This document shows, one piece after another, positions 1 to 13,842 of a stretch of DNA of 64,000 nt. This stretch comes from Thelocarpon superellum. Lineage: Eukaryota. Within the stretch, counting starts at the first letter, position 1; each line of letters opens with the position of its first letter. Under the pieces are notes generated by a model. It was given only the letters and a program-made list of their open reading frames with translations. It did no database searches and had not been told where the DNA came from. Both the position numbers and the translations under genes were made by a program. Location of the stretch: contig JAPEUG010000001.1 of NCBI GenBank assembly GCA_026025795.1, forward strand, positions 1 to 64,000, written 5' to 3'.

Positions 1-2
1 CG

Positions 3-332
3 CACGGACATGGATCTCAGGCCGTCCCGCCGTCGCACCCACATTCGCGGCATCAGTCGACGAGCACGGCGCACCATCGGCAGCCTCCGCCGCTCCAAGC
101 CCCACCGGCGCCAGCGTCGGCGCCGCAACCGAGGGGCGCGGGCTACGGCCCCTCACATGGGCCGCCCTTGTCGTCTCATCAACATCCAGGGACGGCGGCC
201 TCGCCACGCTCGTTCACGCCGACTCAGTATCATCACCAGGGCATGGGCCATCCGGCCGGCCCTTACGACCCTCCCCCACCCTCTTCCGCTGGCCCGCCGC
301 GGCCCTATCCGGGCCCCCACGATCGACGCTGA
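3..332 (+). CDS. 3' end of a Pro/His-rich low-complexity protein (partial, starts upstream of window)
   Basis: Frame 3 is open from the window edge: HGHGSQAVPPSHPHSRHQ...GPPRPYPGPHDRR, TGA at 330-332. The composition is typical of a disordered fungal C-terminus and fits better than the Arg-rich frame-1 ORF in the track. Confidence 0.6.
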   Translation, partial: HGHGSQAVPPSHPHSRHQSTSTAHHRQPPPLQAPPAPASAPQPRGAGYGPSHGPPLSSHQHPGTAASPRSFTPTQYHHQGMGHPAGPYDPPPPSSAGPPRPYPGPHDRR

Positions 333-2056
333 CGACGGCGCTATGAAGGTTATGGAAGTTCACGATCCGCTTGTAGCGACTGATATTTTTCTTCATCTGA
401 TTGATGGCCTGCTACCGTCTTTGGGAGACTTGCATGTGCATCACTGAGCGTTGATAGCATGAGCGAACAGCACACTTGAAAATTTGCAAGCATCGGGGAG
501 ACGAGTACGAGTATCCGATAGTTGCGTGTACTATAGCCATCGAGATGGAATACAAAGCATTCAGTACAATTTGGAAGGATCCGTCACGTGATTGCCGGAG
601 AGCAACGGGGGAACAGACATCATCTGACCTTTTCCAGGAAGAGCCGCGAGGGCCATGCAGCTGCGACGTCCAACGACGAACTTCGCTTCTTTCGTATTCG
701 TATAGCCGGCGCTAAGTATATCGTCGAACGTCGCAGGCTCCCGGCCCCCGCCGCGATCGTTGCAATCTGACTTGACGCTCATAGAATATGAACACGCCGA
801 GAATGTAGAGTGGGGCCAGGGAGCCGCGACGTCCGACGATACAGTCAGCTTGACTTGCTTGTATTCGTATAGCATCGAAGTCGACGATATATGATCTTGT
901 CGAGAAGATACACGGGGCCAGGGGGCTCTGTGTCCGATAATAACGTTAGCTTGCATCTCCCGCTGAGACTTTGGCGACGCGACCGAAGGTAACCTACGTA
1001 TCAAGACCGATTTCAACCTGTCGGCATACAGAGGGGAAGAGACGAACCAGAGGATTATAGTCCTCTCAAGCTCTTCGAGAAGTGGCAGGAAGGGCCAGCG
1101 AGACTTAACAAGCTGATTAAGTTGCTTCATGAGTACTTGGTCCTACTGCAGCCCGGCAATCCGAGTCGGTCGAGAGCACCAGCCTAGCGTTGATCCAGAA
1201 CTAGAGATGAGAAGACGAGGGGATGCTCTCATGGGGAGTCATGATATGATCTACATGTGTGGTTGTATGATACTGCTGAGCTTTTCAATATCCGAACTGG
1301 TTCGATTTCTGTCTTACGTGCATCGTGCAGTTCCCCGTGAAGCGTTGATATGCTGTGCGCGGATCAGCACACTATGAAGAGGCAGAGCCGGTGGATCCCC
1401 CTCCCCCCCCTCCTCTTTGCGATCTTCCTGTCGAGACTCATCTTCTCCCTCGTGCTCAAGAGAATAGAAGGACTAGGAGGAGGAGCAGGTGACGAACCAG
1501 CACACGAACGTCAACCCTCCGTTCGAGCACGAACAGGAATCGAGCTAGTCAACACTCTCGCACAGACCCGGATTCATGAAAGGCTCGAATGGCTCATATG
1601 GCCGTTCATGAAAGGCTCGAGTGGCGCACGCAATCCTTCACGCACGCATCCTCGTCGCGTTTCACTTTGCGTTACTGAAGTTTTTCGACCAGCCGCTGTT
1701 GTTCGGACTTTTCATGGATGTCTGCTCTCGTCGTTCGTAACACTGGAGAAGGGGCAGCGCCAGAGAGGCGAGAGCACGGGGAGTACTTAAACGTCGCCTG
1801 GGCCTGGAGCTCTCCCCTCGGCTTCTTCTCCTGCACCGCCTGCATTGAATCTGGTCGGGTCGGCTCTGGTCCGCCTTCGACTGTCTTGGGCTTCTCTTCG
1901 GATCTCCCCGACCATCCGTCATCGGAATCCTATACCACTCCCTACGCGGCTCTCTGTGCTCTGCTCGAGAACCACATACGACGCTATACGACTTCCTCCA
2001 CCTCCGTCTCGAGGATCCTCTGGCCCCTCGAGTACCTCCTCGAACGCATCCTCGAG

Positions 2057-2755
2057 ATGTGCAACTACGAAGCGATCCACACAAAGTGCCACCTCCCCGC
2101 ACCACCCGACGCGCCGCCCTGCCCATCCACGACGCAGCACCTGCGAGCGCCAGCGGACACGCCCACCACCTACCGCGCTACGCCCGCACCCGCACCCGCG
2201 CCATCTCCATCCTCGTCGGCGTGGTCATGGCCATGGCGTGACCTCCTATGCGCAGACGGGTGGCAGACTCTCTGCGGAACACTGCGCCAGCATCTGCGGC
2301 GCCCCTTTCCTCCGTCTGGCCACTTCGGGTCCCGCCGTCGACCGACGGAGCGGCACACGGCCCCGCAGGAGACGCTCGTCTCGCCGTGCGCAATGTCGCT
2401 GCACCCCCCGTCGCGAGCACATCGCTGTTCCGGCCGCCAGCGCTACTGCTTGCCGCATAAGCTCAACACCACTGTCGTCCCCCGCCCGGAGCTGCGCTGT
2501 GCTGCTTGTCAGTCGTGGGAGTTGAAGATGCGGGACCGTGCGCGTGCCCGTGCCCGTGCCCGTGGAATACCGTGCGGTACGGAGGACGAGAAGCAGCGGG
2601 TGGTGCGAGACGAGCCGCGCGCGCAGGCGATGATGCAGGTGCCAAACTCACTGGACATGCGCGGGTTCGAGGACGAGCACCACGAGACAGAGGAAGCCGA
2701 GGAGGCTGACGAGGCCGAGGAGGACACGACGCTGCTGTCCGGTTTCCGGGATTAG
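2057..2755 (+). CDS. Hypothetical protein with MC-x-Y...C-H start, later CxxC and acidic tail
   Basis: Within ORF 1718-2755. Likely start at ATG 2057 (MCNYEAIHTKCH); later PCAM...HRC...YC...CAAC; acidic end EEAEEADEAEED. Start could be 1718. Confidence 0.45.
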   Translation: MCNYEAIHTKCHLPAPPDAPPCPSTTQHLRAPADTPTTYRATPAPAPAPSPSSSAWSWPWRDLLCADGWQTLCGTLRQHLRRPFPPSGHFGSRRRPTERHTAPQETLVSPCAMSLHPPSRAHRCSGRQRYCLPHKLNTTVVPRPELRCAACQSWELKMRDRARARARARGIPCGTEDEKQRVVRDEPRAQAMMQVPNSLDMRGFEDEHHETEEAEEADEAEEDTTLLSGFRD

Positions 2756-3158
2756 ATAGAGCTCGCTACTTTTCGTCCTTTGGTCTTTCAGATTGATGAC
2801 GGAGTGTCGCGGAGGACTTGAAATTGATGGTGAGGAGAAAGAGAAGGAAGGGAGGGATAGCGACAGAATTTGACCAGCGGAGTCGGGACGGAAAAGTCAC
2901 GGAGTCAGGCATTCTTCATCCGCGTCAGCTTCGCTCACGCGGTTCTGAGAGAGTTAAGCATGGATATAATCAATCTCTCGTTCCATCAAGTATCTACTCG
3001 GAGAAAGCAGTCATGTCAACTGGCACGCGTTACCAACCGGCTATAGCGAGTATGATCGTTGTCGTCGTGCGTTTCATGCGTATCGGGAAATGAGTCAGAG
3101 ACATCATCGGGTATCAGAGCGCCCAAACCACCAGTCATACGCAAATGCAACAACCGGA

Positions 3159-5176
3159 TCACTCTTCACGCCGTCGTTTGCGTTCTCGCTCGTTCCCGTC
3201 ACCCTCGGGGGAAGCCGCCGCTGCTGCCGCCGCTCGAATGGCCTCTACTTCCTCCGGGTCGTCGTCGAAAGCCAGAGGAAGGCCAAGGTGGGCATTCAAT
3301 TGATCGATGTAGGCCCCTTGCGTCGCCAATTGTTCGAGTGCGTTCTGGGCAAGCTCGTCGTGCTCCTGCTTCAACTTCCGGTTCGCCTCTTTGACCCACT
3401 CCTCTTGGCCCCGGATCCTCTCCCACGTCTGCTCCTCCGCCGCGCGCAGGGCCTCCCTGGCTCGCTCCTGCTGACCGATTGCTTCTTCTCTAAACCGCTC
3501 GAGCTCTTCTTTACCATGATTCGAGCTGACCCCTTGCGTTCCTGTAGCCTCGCAGTGCTGAAGACTAGTGGCGAGGCGGGCAATGTCACTCCGAAGGTGG
3601 GCGATCGTCGTTGTTTCGAGCGCGTTAAAGCGTCGCTCGTGTCCGTCGAAGTCGTCCTCGAACTTTTCGCAGTCGGTGTCGAGCTTGAGCAGGCTCTCTT
3701 GATGCGCCGACGTGATGCTCTGCAGCTCTCGCACCTGGACCTCGAGTCCATCTCCGCCGCTAACGGCCTCTCGAAGGGGGCTCACGCGGCCCTCGAGAGC
3801 CTGAACGCGTGCGACAAGCGCACGGATCTGCTCGCTCTACGCCGAGTTAGGGCAGACCCAGCGCGGCGCAGGTGCGGAGGAGTCATGCTTACCGATTGCT
3901 GCTGGACGGCAGCAACCTCCACCTCGAGGTGCTTGACGCCCTCGCCAAGCCTCGCCATCTCACGGCCGCTCCGGACCAGGTCGAGCTTGAGTCGCTCGAC
4001 CTCGGCCTGGAGCTGGACCCGGGCTTCGGCGCCCCGATCCGTGTTGATGGCCGTGAATGCGGCGCCGACCCTCTCGCAGAGGCTTCGGATGAGTCGCTCC
4101 GTCGTGGGAGAGAGCTCCGACAGCCGCTGGTCGTGGACGTTGAACTGACGCAATGTGTGAGTCACGCCATTCGACAGCTGTGGCAGGAGGTGTGGGTGGT
4201 CCGATAGGAACTGGGAGTGGCTGGAGAGCTGTGATGCTTTCGCAGCAAGCAGCCGCTGGGACACATCTCGTAGTGCGACGTCGGTACTTAGCGTCAGAAG
4301 GTGTTTCGTGAATTCCATGATAAGCTCCTTGATTCCTTGGGCCCGGTCTGCAGATGACTGTGTCGGGGTTGCCGGTGTTGCCGGTGTTCGTGGAAATGTT
4401 TGGGTTGTGGCGGTGGAGGCCTGCGTTGGCCGACTATCCGCACTGGCCGCGGACGCTGGGCTGGCTTGGGCAGTCGCCATGGGCCGGCCGACGGTTGTGT
4501 CGATCCGGGTACGCCGTCGCCGGTCAGAAGATGGGGATGGGCCACGAAGTCGCGGGTCTGCCGGCGGAGATCGGACACGCAATCGAGGGTCTGCAGGGGG
4601 TGACCGCTGATGGAGGCGGGGATCTGACGGCGGGGAACGCGTTCGAAGTCGAGGATTGGCCGGAGGAGAGCGACCACAGAGTCTCGGGTCACCATTATCG
4701 GAGCGATCGCGGCCATTCTGCGTCTCACGTCTGTAAGCCTGACTGCTGGCAGCTTCAGGAGCTACACGTTGGGGTGGCTGCAGCGGTGGCGGTGGCGGTG
4801 GCGGTGGCGGTGGAGTTGGAGGTGGGGGTGAATGAAGCGGGGGCGGACCGGGAGACGGCGGCCAACGAATCCCGTGGTTCCGTGCCTCGGACGACCGGCG
4901 TGCAGAAGGTGCGCCAGCGAGCTCTGAATGGCCTGGGTCGGACCAAGCAGAGTCTGGGAGCGGCGGACGAGGGGTGTGAGGGTCATGCACGTTGCCATCG
5001 CTCAACTCTCTTCGGTGACTCTCATGCACGAGCTGGGGATCCGTAGGTCCCGGACGCGTGGGATGGGCTGGGCCCTCATGTTGGCCGCGACCAGATGTCG
5101 GCCACGGCGCCCGACGCTCCTCTTCTTCGTGATATTCTCTCCGGCCGTATGGATTACTCCGACCCGATGCCATCAC
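3159..5176 (-). CDS. Hypothetical protein: disordered Pro-rich N-half with 5x DPRL repeats, coiled-coil C-half
   Basis: ORFs 3782-5176 and 3159-3785 join in frame across intron 3892-3837 (GTAAGC...CTAAC...TAG), giving QQQS|SEQIRALVARVQALEGR. Heptad-like E/L/Q-rich helices follow. Confidence 0.75.
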
Positions 5177-6147
5177 CGTGCTCGGTTCGGCTAGGCCGGA
5201 TAGTATGACCTTGACGCAAGGGGCTGGTCCCGCTATGCTGGGTCTTGATGCACGATCTGTTGGGGATCTGCACGATTGCTTAATTTCACTGCTTTCCGCG
5301 TTGGTTGTTCTGCCAGGCCGCTGCAGACCTGATCCGCTTCAACGGCGGAAGCCGTCTCCACAAGCGGAAACGGAGATGAAGCTGGCTGGATAGCCAGACT
5401 TCCCGCGTGTCTCTTTCGCACTACTAGGTAGGTGCAAGACGACGAGCCGTCACTATGACGGTCTCCGACCAGGTCTTTTCTAAAGCACTCATGTCAGGGT
5501 GTTCAATGGTACTGGCTGACAGCGGGCTCGCTCGTCCTCCAAGCTCGCTCGGTGGGGGGGAGGGGTTCGAGACTGATACGCCTCAACGAGATGGTGCAGA
5601 GCCAAGACGCGGCGTCTGGGGTCGAGGGTCTCTACTGCCCTTCTGTTAGGAACACGAACAACTGAGATCGCCATGGGGACCTCTCACGGCGAGGGCAGGA
5701 TCTTACCCTCAACTCGTCCCCTTCTCCTTCTCGGTCAAGGTTCCCAGAGGGAGCAAATGGTCTGTATCACTGCCGTAGCTCAGAATCACGCTAGTGCTCG
5801 CGCAGCGGTGGAAGTCGCGACGGCAAAACGGGCAGTCCCGTGATGTATCACGTGGGAAAGGATAGCAAGTACTACTAACATATGTTAAGTTGAGGGTGGA
5901 AAAGTGCGAGGGTGTAAAAGAGCCGAGTGCTCGCGTCTCATTGGTCAGCAACACGCGGGCAAAAATCGCGTGGAACTTCAGCTGCACAACGGCCAGCTCG
6001 CCCTAGCTCTTCCCTCCCCGCCAATACTTGGGACTCATGTCGCCGCGCCTTCCTTCCGCTCACAGGTCAACGTCGCAGATGGGTCGAGTGCGGTAGTCCA
6101 AGCAATACTAGTCAATTCCAGGGCAGCGCCGGCGGTGCGCCATCGTT

Positions 6148-7731
<1,584 letters not shown>

Positions 7732-7846
7732 TTACCAAGGTCTCCTTTTGTCTCCGTCTTCTTCTCTTCCGTATCCTCGCGCTCCCGTCGTAGACCATGT
7801 ACACTATTCAGGCCTATCCAGGCGAGGCCGAGGAAAGGTCGCGGAA

Positions 7847-9292
7847 TCAGTCGCGCTCTAGCACTTCGACAAAATCGACCGAGCGACTCCATTCTCCCCC
7901 TACCCCTCCCTCGTCCTTGGCGTTCCTGCGGAACTCCACCCCATCCCCAAAGAACCCGGCGTCCATCCACGCGATCATAGTCGGGCCGTCATAGGGGCCG
8001 TACGTGTCGCCTCCATCCCGGCCGTCCGTCCAGCGATACTCCCACTGTTTCTGCTCGCGCACGCCGTCCACGTCGTCTCCTGGGGCGGTCGTCTTGGGCG
8101 CAGCGGCCTCGACCCAGTCTTCGTCCGTCTCGCGCCGGAACTGCCGGATGAGCGTCTCGCGCGTGTCGTCGTAGATGTTGGTCTGGCCCCGCGTGAGGAG
8201 GTGATCTGCTGCGCCTGTGATGGCTTCCACTGCCTCGGTGCGCCTGGTCTCGGCTGGATCGGGATGGGACGGGGGGCGAGTGGTGTCGGCGTCGGCGTCC
8301 AGGTCCATCTCGTCCTGGCGCTTGCGTGCCCGGTTTTTATTCTGCCACTTGGGCTGCTTCTTCTTCTTCTCCCCGCCTCTGCCCCATCGCGCTAGCGCTT
8401 CGAGCACCGTCTCGCTCTTCTCGAGCCGTGTGATGAGGGTGCGTAGGATGTCGGCCGTCAGGACTTGGTCGGCTTCTCGCGCCGTGCGCCGTCGTTCTTC
8501 CTCGCGCTTCTCCGCCGCGTCCCGCGCCCGCTTCATGTCTTTCTTCGACACGCCCTCGAGCCAGGAATCGTGGACGGCGTCGGGGTCGGCGGCTTTCCGG
8601 ACAAAGTTGCCCTGCGTGTCGAACCGTCCCTCCTCGAGCTCGCCCCTCATGTTGAAGGCGTCGAGTTTGGGTGCGTGCGACTTGAGTCCTCCTGCGCCGA
8701 CCTCCTCGTCGACGTCCTTCTTGTCGGCGTTCTCCTCGTCCTCGCTCTCGTCGCTGCTGTCGCCGTCTTTTCGCTTGCCCTTGTCCGGTATGGCGCCATT
8801 GCGGGTGAAGTCGACGTCAACGCGTCCGCCGGCCCGACTGTAGGCCTCCTGACCCTCAATCTCATCCGCTTCGAGGAAGCGCACGTCCTTCTTGCCTTTG
8901 CTCCCGGCCCGGATGGCCTCGTCGTCGTCGCCGTCCTTGAAGTCATCCTCCAGCTCGGCAAACATATCGTTCGACTCCCGTGCTTCAGTCTCCTCTTTCT
9001 GCTTGGCCTCGCGCGCCTTGGCGTCGGCGCGAGAATCGAAGCCTTCATTGGAGCTGTCGCTCCCATAGCCATCAAGATTGACGGCACTGCGTTTGGTTTT
9101 TTGGCCGCCTTTTCCGATCTCGTCGAGCTCAAGAACGGCGTCTTCTTCGGGTGCATCGGGTGCGAGGGCCGAGGGATTGCGCACGTCGAATCGAGGTTTC
9201 TTGGATGACGGGCTGTCGTCCGTGAGATGCTGAGTTCTCGCGAAGCTCTCCCCGGCACGTTTGGGCCGAGGGGCAGGACGCCGATTGGACAT
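7847..9292 (-). CDS. LIN1: GYF-domain U5 snRNP-associated protein (Lin1/Snu40/CD2BP2 family)
   Basis: 481-aa intronless ORF with AFNMRGELEEGRFDTQGNFVR, D-SWL and ETVLEALARW, and a C-terminal GYF-like domain WEYRW...YGPYDGPTMIAWMDAGFF. Confidence 0.88.
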   Translation of the reverse strand: MSNRRPAPRPKRAGESFARTQHLTDDSPSSKKPRFDVRNPSALAPDAPEEDAVLELDEIGKGGQKTKRSAVNLDGYGSDSSNEGFDSRADAKAREAKQKEETEARESNDMFAELEDDFKDGDDDEAIRAGSKGKKDVRFLEADEIEGQEAYSRAGGRVDVDFTRNGAIPDKGKRKDGDSSDESEDEENADKKDVDEEVGAGGLKSHAPKLDAFNMRGELEEGRFDTQGNFVRKAADPDAVHDSWLEGVSKKDMKRARDAAEKREEERRRTAREADQVLTADILRTLITRLEKSETVLEALARWGRGGEKKKKQPKWQNKNRARKRQDEMDLDADADTTRPPSHPDPAETRRTEAVEAITGAADHLLTRGQTNIYDDTRETLIRQFRRETDEDWVEAAAPKTTAPGDDVDGVREQKQWEYRWTDGRDGGDTYGPYDGPTMIAWMDAGFFGDGVEFRRNAKDEGGVGGEWSRSVDFVEVLERD

Positions 9293-9734
9293 GACGTGTT
9301 GGGAGTAATGTCACGTAAGGGTTGTCTTGAGAGTATGCGAGTCGATTCCTCCGGGCCGATAACAGACAGCCATGCTCGGATACTGGGGTGGTGTGCAACA
9401 GTGCGTGACCCGAGTGCCGTACGACTGTCGTAGTGGTGCAGTGGTGCGTGGTGCAGTGGTGCAGCGGAGGTATCGAAGTGGCGTCGATTGACGCTCAGCT
9501 GGAAGCTCGCCTGTCGGTGGCGTCACTCGTCATCCTCTTAGGCTTCCGTGACTTGGGGCGATGAGAGCAGAGGAGGGGAGAACGCGTTTCGCACATACCC
9601 CTCCACCAACTTCTCCCTTGACGTAGCGTGACGCTGGCTGTACCCATCTAATCGAAGTCTCTTGGACTCTCCTTGCGGAGAAGCGTCCCATATCTACAGG
9701 CTATTCCTACCAGTCTCCACACTCCGAGCCCACC

Positions 9735-11129
9735 ATGGTAAGCTGAAGCAAGCCGGAGCTCTCCGGTCGGTATCGCCCCCGCTCACCAGCGTCAGTTCAA
9801 CCCCATGTTCTACGAAGAAGATGACCCGATGAACATGCTCCCCCCCGGCATGCGCCAGCGGATGGCAGGCTACCGTCAGGTGTTTGACGAACAGTATAGA
9901 TGCTACCCGGTGGCGATGCTTGCAGGCCCAGACCGAGAATACGCCAACAATGGCAGCAAGGTCTTCATGGCGCCCAGCGCGCTCGACAAGCTCACCCGAC
10001 TGCACATCACCTACCCGATGCTCTTTGAGTTGATCAACGGCGCCAAAGAGCGCGTGACGCACTCGGGCGTGTTGGAGTTCATCGCGGAGGAGGGCAAGAT
10101 CTATCTGCCATACTGGGTAGGTCCACCCTCTCGCCACTCACTTGACCACGCCGCCCTGTACTCACGAGACAGATGATGCAAAGCCTCCTCCTCGAACCCG
10201 GCGACCTCCTCCAGATCCGCTCGACAGACCTCCCTTCGGGCTCCTTTGTGAAGCTCCAGCCACAATCGACTGCCTTTCTCGACATTTCCGACCCGAAAGC
10301 CGTGTTGGAGAATGTGATGCGGAACTTCGCCTGCCTGACCAAAGGCGACGTCTTCTCCTTCCGGTACAACGACCAAACCTACGAGATGGCCGTGCTCGAA
10401 ACGAAGCCCACGACGGAAAAGAACGCCATCAGCGTGCTGGAAACTGACTTGGAGGTCGATTTTGCCCCCCCGGTCGGCTACGTAGAGCCGACTCGCGACC
10501 GCAGCAGCGGCACCAGCACGCCACGGAGCGGACGAGGCGTCGGCCTCCCGGCGGGCGGGACGGTGCATAACCAAGGCACCATGGCACAGGCAATCAACTA
10601 CTCTTCCATTGCACCCTCGTCGACCGCAGCAGCAGCAGGCGGGAAGGCCGTGTCATCCAACTTCCTCCTCGGCGGGCAGAAGCTGTCCTCCAACAAGAAA
10701 GGGAGCAACAAGCAGCCGCAGCCACCGACGCCCAACCCCAGTACGCCCGTCGTCGGCGCGTCCTCTTCTTCTTCCTCCGCTTCCTCGTCCAACATCACCA
10801 CGGCAGTCCCCACACGACGGCCCCTCACCAATGGACCGCAGCCCCTACGTCTTCCACCGGGGAAGCTCTTCTTCGGATACGACATCAAGCCCGTGCGAGT
10901 CAAGGATGGTGCCGAGGGAGCGGCCCCTGACGAGAACAAGGAGAACGAGACGTTGTTTCACGGGAGTGGACAGACGCTTCGGTCGGGGGTGAAGCGGAAA
11001 GGAGAGGGCGGCGAGGTGGAGGGAACAAAGGAGAAGGGCAAGGGCAAAGAGCCAGAGAGGGGAAAGGGTGTGGAAAAGGACGAGGAAGGAAATCGACTCG
11101 GTGGACGCACACTGCGGGATCCGCAATAG
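9735..11129 (+). CDS. UFD1: Ubiquitin fusion degradation protein 1 (Cdc48 cofactor)
   Basis: [69 protein letters not shown] and SHP-box-like FHGSGQTLR. ATG-only exon 9735-9737; introns 9738-9795 and 10117-10172. Confidence 0.97.
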
Positions 11130-11149
11130 ATCAAGATCATGCATGCTTT

Positions 11150-11290
11150 TCTCTTACTCCTATTCCTACTCCTGCTCCTACTCCTACTCCGACCCTCATC
11201 TCATTCTGTTCCATCTCATTCATCTCGTCCATCTCGTCCATCTCGTCCATCTCGTCCCATTACATAGATAGTAGGTAGGTAGGTAGGTCA
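11150..11290. repeat. Microsatellite patch: (CTACTC)n-like, (CATCTCGTC)n, (GTAG)n
   Basis: Visible tandem short units between the convergent stops of UFD1 and array gene 1. Confidence 0.8.
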
Positions 11291-11301
11291 GAACCGAGTC
11301 C

Positions 11302-12345
11302 CTAGCGGTAGTCGAAGAGGGCATCTCCAAGGACAAGAGAGGCGTCGTCCTGTCCGTCGTCCCCGTCGCTACCTCCATCTCCACACCCCTCTCTGTCCCC
11401 AGCGTCAAAGCCCCCGCCGCGTACACCCAGTGCTACCTCGCCGTCTGCATTGCCACAATGGTCGTCGAACAAGCCAGCGAGACCCGGGGGCGGCGTGAAC
11501 GTCAGCGTCGTCGCGGCGGAGCCGGACCCAGAGAGGGAACCGGAGAAGGGACTCGAGCCAAAGGCGGCATGGCGGCGAAAGGAAGGCGACGGGGTGGCGG
11601 GGAAGGCGGGATCCGTCGAGCGCGCGACGACGGAGCTGCCGAAGCTGCTGAAGCACGACTGCGGCCCGTCGGGTCCGAAATCAAGCATGCGCTGCGCCGT
11701 CGGCGTGTTGCTGTGGCTGCTGCGTAGACTGCGGCGTTCCCAGCCCGCGAGCACGTCGTGCACTGCGCGGCTGGCGGGGTCGTGCGGGTTGTCGAGGCTG
11801 TCGTGGCTGTCGTTGTCGTCCCATTCCTCGTCCGCGGCGCCACAGTTGTTGTCCTCGGCCGGGCGGAAGGGCCGCGTGTGCGTGAACGTCGTGCCGAGCG
11901 TGGTGGCCATGCTTTCGTCGCTCCCGCGGCGTGAGGCCGATGGCGTCGACGCCGACGTCGACGTCGACGTGGTCAGCACTCCCTTTTGGAGCTTGGTGGG
12001 CGTCGTGTGGGCGCTGCGGGCCTTGGTGATGCGGCCGCCGTTGACCGCGCCGCGCTTTCGACCTGCGGGCGTCGTGTTGGGCGAGGCACGCTTCGTGGAG
12101 GCCGAGCTGCCGCGTTTTCCAGCACCGCGTGTGGGCGCCGGTGGACGGGCGCCGCTCTCGACTTCCTGCTTCAGCGTCTCCGCTTGACGCTTGATGATGC
12201 GAAATTGCCCCTCGATGCTGTCGTACGTCGCGCCCTCGCCGAACATGGTCGCGATCGTCTGATAGTTGAGCGTCAGTGGCCCCGAGGCACAGATCGCCGC
12301 CATCAGGCGCTTGCACATCGTGGCAGACTGCCAGTCGATCGGCAT
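11302..12345 (-). CDS. Array gene 1: Myb/SANT-like three-helix protein (W-type), intronless
   Basis: MPIDWQSATMCKRLMAAICASGPLTLNYQTIATMFGEGATYDSIEGQFRIIKRQAE, then a basic and Ser/Thr-rich tail; ATG at 12345. Confidence 0.8.
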   Translation of the reverse strand: MPIDWQSATMCKRLMAAICASGPLTLNYQTIATMFGEGATYDSIEGQFRIIKRQAETLKQEVESGARPPAPTRGAGKRGSSASTKRASPNTTPAGRKRGAVNGGRITKARSAHTTPTKLQKGVLTTSTSTSASTPSASRRGSDESMATTLGTTFTHTRPFRPAEDNNCGAADEEWDDNDSHDSLDNPHDPASRAVHDVLAGWERRSLRSSHSNTPTAQRMLDFGPDGPQSCFSSFGSSVVARSTDPAFPATPSPSFRRHAAFGSSPFSGSLSGSGSAATTLTFTPPPGLAGLFDDHCGNADGEVALGVRGGGFDAGDREGCGDGGSDGDDGQDDASLVLGDALFDYR

Positions 12346-13842
12346 CGTCGCAAGGGTGGGGTACAGCTTGTGGGGGTGAGAGGGTGAGGGGGTGAGGGGG
12401 TGAGGGGGTTCGGATTGTGGAGGTGAGAGGTTCCTAGCAGACCCTGTCAGTTCGAAGATGATTCGACCAAGATCTGACGTAGACACATACCAAAGCTAGC
12501 CGGAAGCTGAAGGACGCTTGATCGGATTGAACTTGTGATGTGTGGAGGTGATGCTCAAGCAGTAGACAACCCAGAAGCAGGGTCAAAATTGTGGAGTAAG
12601 AGGGAGCGGATGCAATGGACTCTATAAGATCGGTAGAGTCTATCAAGGATAGAGTTGGTCACAATGATGAAGAGATGGGAAGAACACAGCCAACAGTAGC
12701 TTGTATCATGCACCACTTCACTCTCACAGGCTAGAGCGAATTACCGGAGCTTGTGCTGGGTGAATGTGACAGAGGAAGCTCTTTCCTCGACGTGTCCCCG
12801 TGGCCCATTTATAGTGGGTGCCGCTCGAGGGGCTCTCGAGCGAGCCATATCGTGCCAGATCAGGCTGTTCCCGATCCGCCTCACGGCACACGAGCCTGGC
12901 CGGTAGGGGGCCCTTCATTGAACCGATCGTTCCTGTTCCGTCACCGCCATCTGGCCGCGGCTCTGACTCACGGCCGCGGTGGGACATGGCACAGCGTCCC
13001 TACGGATTCGATGGCGCGTCCCATTGCCCCCTGAACCGTCCGGGCCTGTAGTCAATTCCGTCGCGGGAACAGCCAGGAGCTGCGAATGGATGCCATCATT
13101 CCGAGCTTCAGCGGCGTGCGTGAGTGGGCATGGCGGGTCTAGCGAGCACTAGCGACTAGCGCAGGTTATGGCACGCAAAACGAGCTAATGCACGGCGAGA
13201 GGTACCGCAGATCCCGGTCGGCGCCAGGTACCGAGACAGGTACCTTCTGACGCCGGCAAGAACCTCCACATGTACCTGTACCGTATCACAAACACCCGCT
13301 GTCGTCATCTTCAGCCTTGCAGCTAAACCTCTTTGATCGCATCAGTGCACAATGTGATAAGAAACACGTCGAGCCCTGCTCGGTAGCGCATTCTGCGGCG
13401 TCAACGATTTGTCCCCGATCACATCGAACGATGGCTACAGCGGGAGATGGAGATGGAGATGGAGGGCGGAATTCGGTGGTTGGCTGGGCAAGATGTGATG
13501 TGTCGGAGGAGTTATCCGACCGGCATGCCGGATCGCTCGGTATCCTGATCACTCGCCCGTCGGCGAGTGGGGCCGATGCAGAGAGCGCTCATCCGTGGAA
13601 TATGGGGGTGACCCGGCGATTGTCATGGTCCTCATGGTCCTCATGGTTCCCACAGGTCGGCGTCGAACCCTCGTGTGAAGCGTTCGTCTTGCATTTCAAG
13701 CCACCGAAACATTTTAATCATCTACCTGTACCGCTACCGGAATCAAGACACCGAAGCCCCGCCCACTGCCGCTTCCCTGTGCTACACTGAATCCCGGTCC
13801 CGGGACTGGCCGGCCTCATGGCCATGGACAACGAGTTGATGA

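Noticed and set aside
10..447. 145-aa Arg-rich ORF in the track
   Set aside because: Off-frame shadow; frame 3 (3-332) gives the more plausible Pro/His-rich C-terminus.
561..1130. 189-aa minus-strand ORF
   Set aside because: No recognisable motif or convincing splice model; could be real but I cannot support it.
9470..9530. GTGGCG motifs upstream of UFD1 as Rpn4/PACE sites
   Set aside because: They do not match GGTGGCAAA fully and are expected by chance in GC-rich DNA.
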